Positions 52,905-55,247 of a stretch of DNA of 55,247 nt are shown here, piece by piece. Made by a program: the position numbers and the translations under genes. Position 1 is the first letter of the stretch; every line of letters begins with the position of its first letter. Source of the DNA: an uncultured Thermodesulfobacteriota bacterium (GTDB taxonomy: Bacteria > Desulfobacterota > Anaeroferrophillalia > Anaeroferrophillales > Tharpellaceae); assembly GCA_964623985.1 (NCBI GenBank), contig CAZUXG010000003.1, positions 1 through 55,247 of the forward strand, read 5' to 3'. The notes beneath the pieces were generated by a model. That model was not told where the DNA came from. It searched no databases and saw only the letters and a program-made list of their open reading frames with translations.

Positions 52905-55235
52905 TTATTCCGCCGGATTCATTTGCCAGATACCGCAGGGGCAAACGGCTGCACAAAAGCCGCAGCCAATACATAAGTTTTCGTCAACGACATATTGATA
53001 ACCGCCATTCTCGGTTTCTTCTCTGGTGATCGCCCCGCGAAAGCAGGACTCCTCACAGGTCGAGCAGTCGCGACAGGTGCCGCAGGATAAACAGCGTAAA
53101 GCTTCAGTCTCGCCATCTTCACCAGCTTTTTGGTGGTCACGTTCGTAATATTCGCCTTTGATGCGATTGTAATCGACCATTGGGGTAGTGCGGTCGGCCA
53201 GGGGGGTTCCGTCAAAGTCTGCAATAACCGCCTGCGCCGCATGGCGACCGGCACCTAAAGCATGAGTAATCAGACCCGGAGCTGTAACATCACCAATTGC
53301 ATAGAGTCTTTTGATGTTCGTACGGCTCCAATCATCAATTGTCAGGTAGCCGCGTTCGCGGTGAACCTCTTCTGGTAGATAGTCGAGTTCGGGGCTCTCA
53401 CCAATCGAGATCAGGACCGCATCGACATCAAGGAAACTGTCGTCTTTAAAATAGATCTTTTTCTCTTTCTTGACATAACGATCAGTAAATTTGGGGTAGA
53501 GGATCTGGGTGCCGCGCGCTGCCGCCATCTCCTGCTCCTTGCCGAAACTGGCCGGAGCCTGGATATCGACAGCAATGACTGACGCTGCTCCAAGGTTGTA
53601 GGCTTCGACAGCGATATCCATACCGACATTACCGGCCCCAATAATTACTACGCGTTTTCCCCCCATGCTCATCGGTTGGCGGTTGTTGATCGTTTTCAAA
53701 AAAACAATTCCGGGGATCACATCTTCATAACCGGGGAAAGGGATCACGCGCGGAGCGTGGGCTCCGCTGGCCAGGACGACGGCATCATAATCTTTCTTTA
53801 TCTGTTCAAAATCACTGGCCGAAATCACTTGATCAGTTCTGATTTCGATTCCTAAGGATGCGAAACGCTCAATTTCACTCTTTAAGATATTGCGGGGTAA
53901 GCGGTCTTCCGGGATGCAGAGGTGGATCTTGCCGCCGAGTTCCGTTTCGCGTTCGAAAATTGTTACGTTTACACCCTCTAACGCGAGTTTCCAGGCCGCT
54001 GCCATACCGGCCGGACCACCGCCGATGACGGCCACCTTTTCGGAGCGTGCTTCAGCTTTTTCCGGAGCCGGAATATCGAGACTCAAACTTCCCAGGAAAC
54101 CGATTTCGACCGGCTCTTTGAGTAAAACTGCACGGCTGCAGGCGTCCATGCAGGGATTCGGGCAGACCTCACCGCAGACGGTTGCCGGGAGAGGCGAGTA
54201 TTCAAGGATCAGGTTAAGCATCTCCTCAAGACGGCCCTCACGAATCAGACGGGTTCTAAGCTGGGTTGGAATATCGGTTGGGCAGTTGTAGGTGCAGGGT
54301 GCTAAGTAGCGGTCATTGTCCCAGGTCGGATAGAAACGCCGGTCATCGCCAAAGGCGATATAGGGAATGATAGTCCGATTTTCAGCCGGCAGAAGCTCGC
54401 CGACGATGCCGCCTTTGCCGACCTCCTGATCCCAGGTTTCAAGGCGGAATCTGGCCATCGGTAAAGAACTGCCACCAAGATCGTTACGCTCCTCAGGAGT
54501 CAGGGCGACGATTTTGTGCCACTCACTACGATCCTTTGTCAATTCGTCAAGAAATGAGAGCCGCTCGATCGCTTCAAGGTAAGGTTGCATATTTTCAGTC
54601 AGCCAGGTCCAATCCAGATCATTCAGATCTTCAATGCGACTATCTTTGGCGCTGTGATCGGCCGCCTTTCCGCGAAAATAGATGGTGCCGCCAACCATAC
54701 CGACACAGGGTCGATAACCTAAAACATTGTCTGGATGGCGGGGGTTAATGCCACAGACGACGGCGATGCCGCCAGCCTTGAATTCGGCAAAAGAGTCGCC
54801 GACCCCCCGAAAATACCAGGATTGTAAGGGGGCGAAGCGGGGGTTGAATTTGGTCATTGTATCGCAACGGGCGCCACCGCCACCCTGGACATAGAGAATA
54901 CCCTGGGCGCCGGCGTTATGGGCTCCGTTAGTGACATCTCCGAGAACTGTAATTTCGGCGCCGCAATTGAGCCAGCCGACATCGTCAGAACAGGAGCCGT
55001 TGACGGTGATTTTCGTACCCATCATCCCCATACTGCCAAGGCGCTGGCCCGAAGTTCCATCGACAACTATTTTTTTATCTTCCGGGGTCGGCCAGAGGCG
55101 ACCCCCGATACCATGTTGACCGTCGGCAAAGATCTTCAGTTCGCGTCTGCCGTTTTTGACGGCAGTTTGGATTCTCTTTTCGAGATCTCTGGAAGACATT
55201 CTTTGATTTAGGACAGTTCCGTTAATTTCGTACAT
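52905..55235 (-). CDS. Fusion protein: GltB C-terminal GXGXG domain + GltD-like FAD/NAD(P) oxidoreductase + 2x[4Fe-4S] ferredoxin domain
   Basis: 776 aa. N-terminal GXGXG repeats (…DGQHGIGGRL…VDGTSGQRLGSMG…VQGGGGARCD…). Dinucleotide folds VAVIGGGPAGMAAA and VVIIGAGNVGMD. C-terminal CLSCGTCRDCSTCEESC and CIGCGFCAAVCPCG. Confidence 0.85.
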   Translation of the reverse strand: MYEINGTVLNQRMSSRDLEKRIQTAVKNGRRELKIFADGQHGIGGRLWPTPEDKKIVVDGTSGQRLGSMGMMGTKITVNGSCSDDVGWLNCGAEITVLGDVTNGAHNAGAQGILYVQGGGGARCDTMTKFNPRFAPLQSWYFRGVGDSFAEFKAGGIAVVCGINPRHPDNVLGYRPCVGMVGGTIYFRGKAADHSAKDSRIEDLNDLDWTWLTENMQPYLEAIERLSFLDELTKDRSEWHKIVALTPEERNDLGGSSLPMARFRLETWDQEVGKGGIVGELLPAENRTIIPYIAFGDDRRFYPTWDNDRYLAPCTYNCPTDIPTQLRTRLIREGRLEEMLNLILEYSPLPATVCGEVCPNPCMDACSRAVLLKEPVEIGFLGSLSLDIPAPEKAEARSEKVAVIGGGPAGMAAAWKLALEGVNVTIFERETELGGKIHLCIPEDRLPRNILKSEIERFASLGIEIRTDQVISASDFEQIKKDYDAVVLASGAHAPRVIPFPGYEDVIPGIVFLKTINNRQPMSMGGKRVVIIGAGNVGMDIAVEAYNLGAASVIAVDIQAPASFGKEQEMAAARGTQILYPKFTDRYVKKEKKIYFKDDSFLDVDAVLISIGESPELDYLPEEVHRERGYLTIDDWSRTNIKRLYAIGDVTAPGLITHALGAGRHAAQAVIADFDGTPLADRTTPMVDYNRIKGEYYERDHQKAGEDGETEALRCLSCGTCRDCSTCEESCFRGAITREETENGGYQYVVDENLCIGCGFCAAVCPCGIWQMNPAE

Positions 55236-55247
55236 CGGTTTACCTTT

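Overview
55.2-kb chromosomal window of roughly 50% G+C. The gene content looks Desulfuromonadales-like (Geobacter/Pelobacter/Desulfuromonas relatives); this is inference only. No rRNA, CRISPR array, transposase, integrase or phage genes were seen.

Gene order, left to right:
1. A minus-strand Mrp/Mbx-type multisubunit cation:proton antiporter module in Mbh/Mbx-like gene order (1-4625).
2. A split F1Fo ATP synthase operon (b', b, delta, alpha, gamma, beta, epsilon; no a or c genes), followed by glmU-glmS and a ClC/CBS channel (5024-16371).
3. A ~0.4-kb low-GC patch, then a tightly coupled cassette: a 47-codon ORF, an AsnB-type amidotransferase, a short glutamate-cysteine-ligase-like enzyme and a glutaredoxin (16778-20025).
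4. A complete minus-strand MoxR / DUF58 / DUF4381 / BatA / BatB-C / BatD operon (20050-27184).
5. A seven-gene minus-strand cluster built around a PspA/IM30 paralog. It holds a YjfI-like protein, a TVGYGD K+ channel with RCK domains, an unknown 219-aa protein, a duplicated DUF350 protein, a signal-anchored protein with a basic tail, and a membrane-anchored spermidine-synthase-like enzyme (27263-34079).
6. A hybrid sensor kinase, LPS core genes (GT9 heptosyltransferase, WaaP-like kinase), gltX, queH, tRNA-His, trkA-trkH, a cyclophilin, PIN-PhoH, a rhomboid protease, an orphan GspE-like ATPase, nadE, a Nudix hydrolase, a purF C-terminal relic and a GXGXG-GltD-ferredoxin fusion.

Main things worth a second look:
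- The PspA-centred polyamine/K+ channel/DUF350 cluster, a variant of the uncharacterised enterobacterial yjfIJKLMC-type locus.
- The AsnB-GCL-Grx cassette, a possible low-molecular-weight thiol pathway.
- A three-copy structured intergenic repeat family, always located inside minus-strand operons.
- A 126-nt element bounded by 19-bp inverted repeats that abuts the 5' end of tRNA-His.

All functional calls come from reading the translated ORFs. No database search was run.
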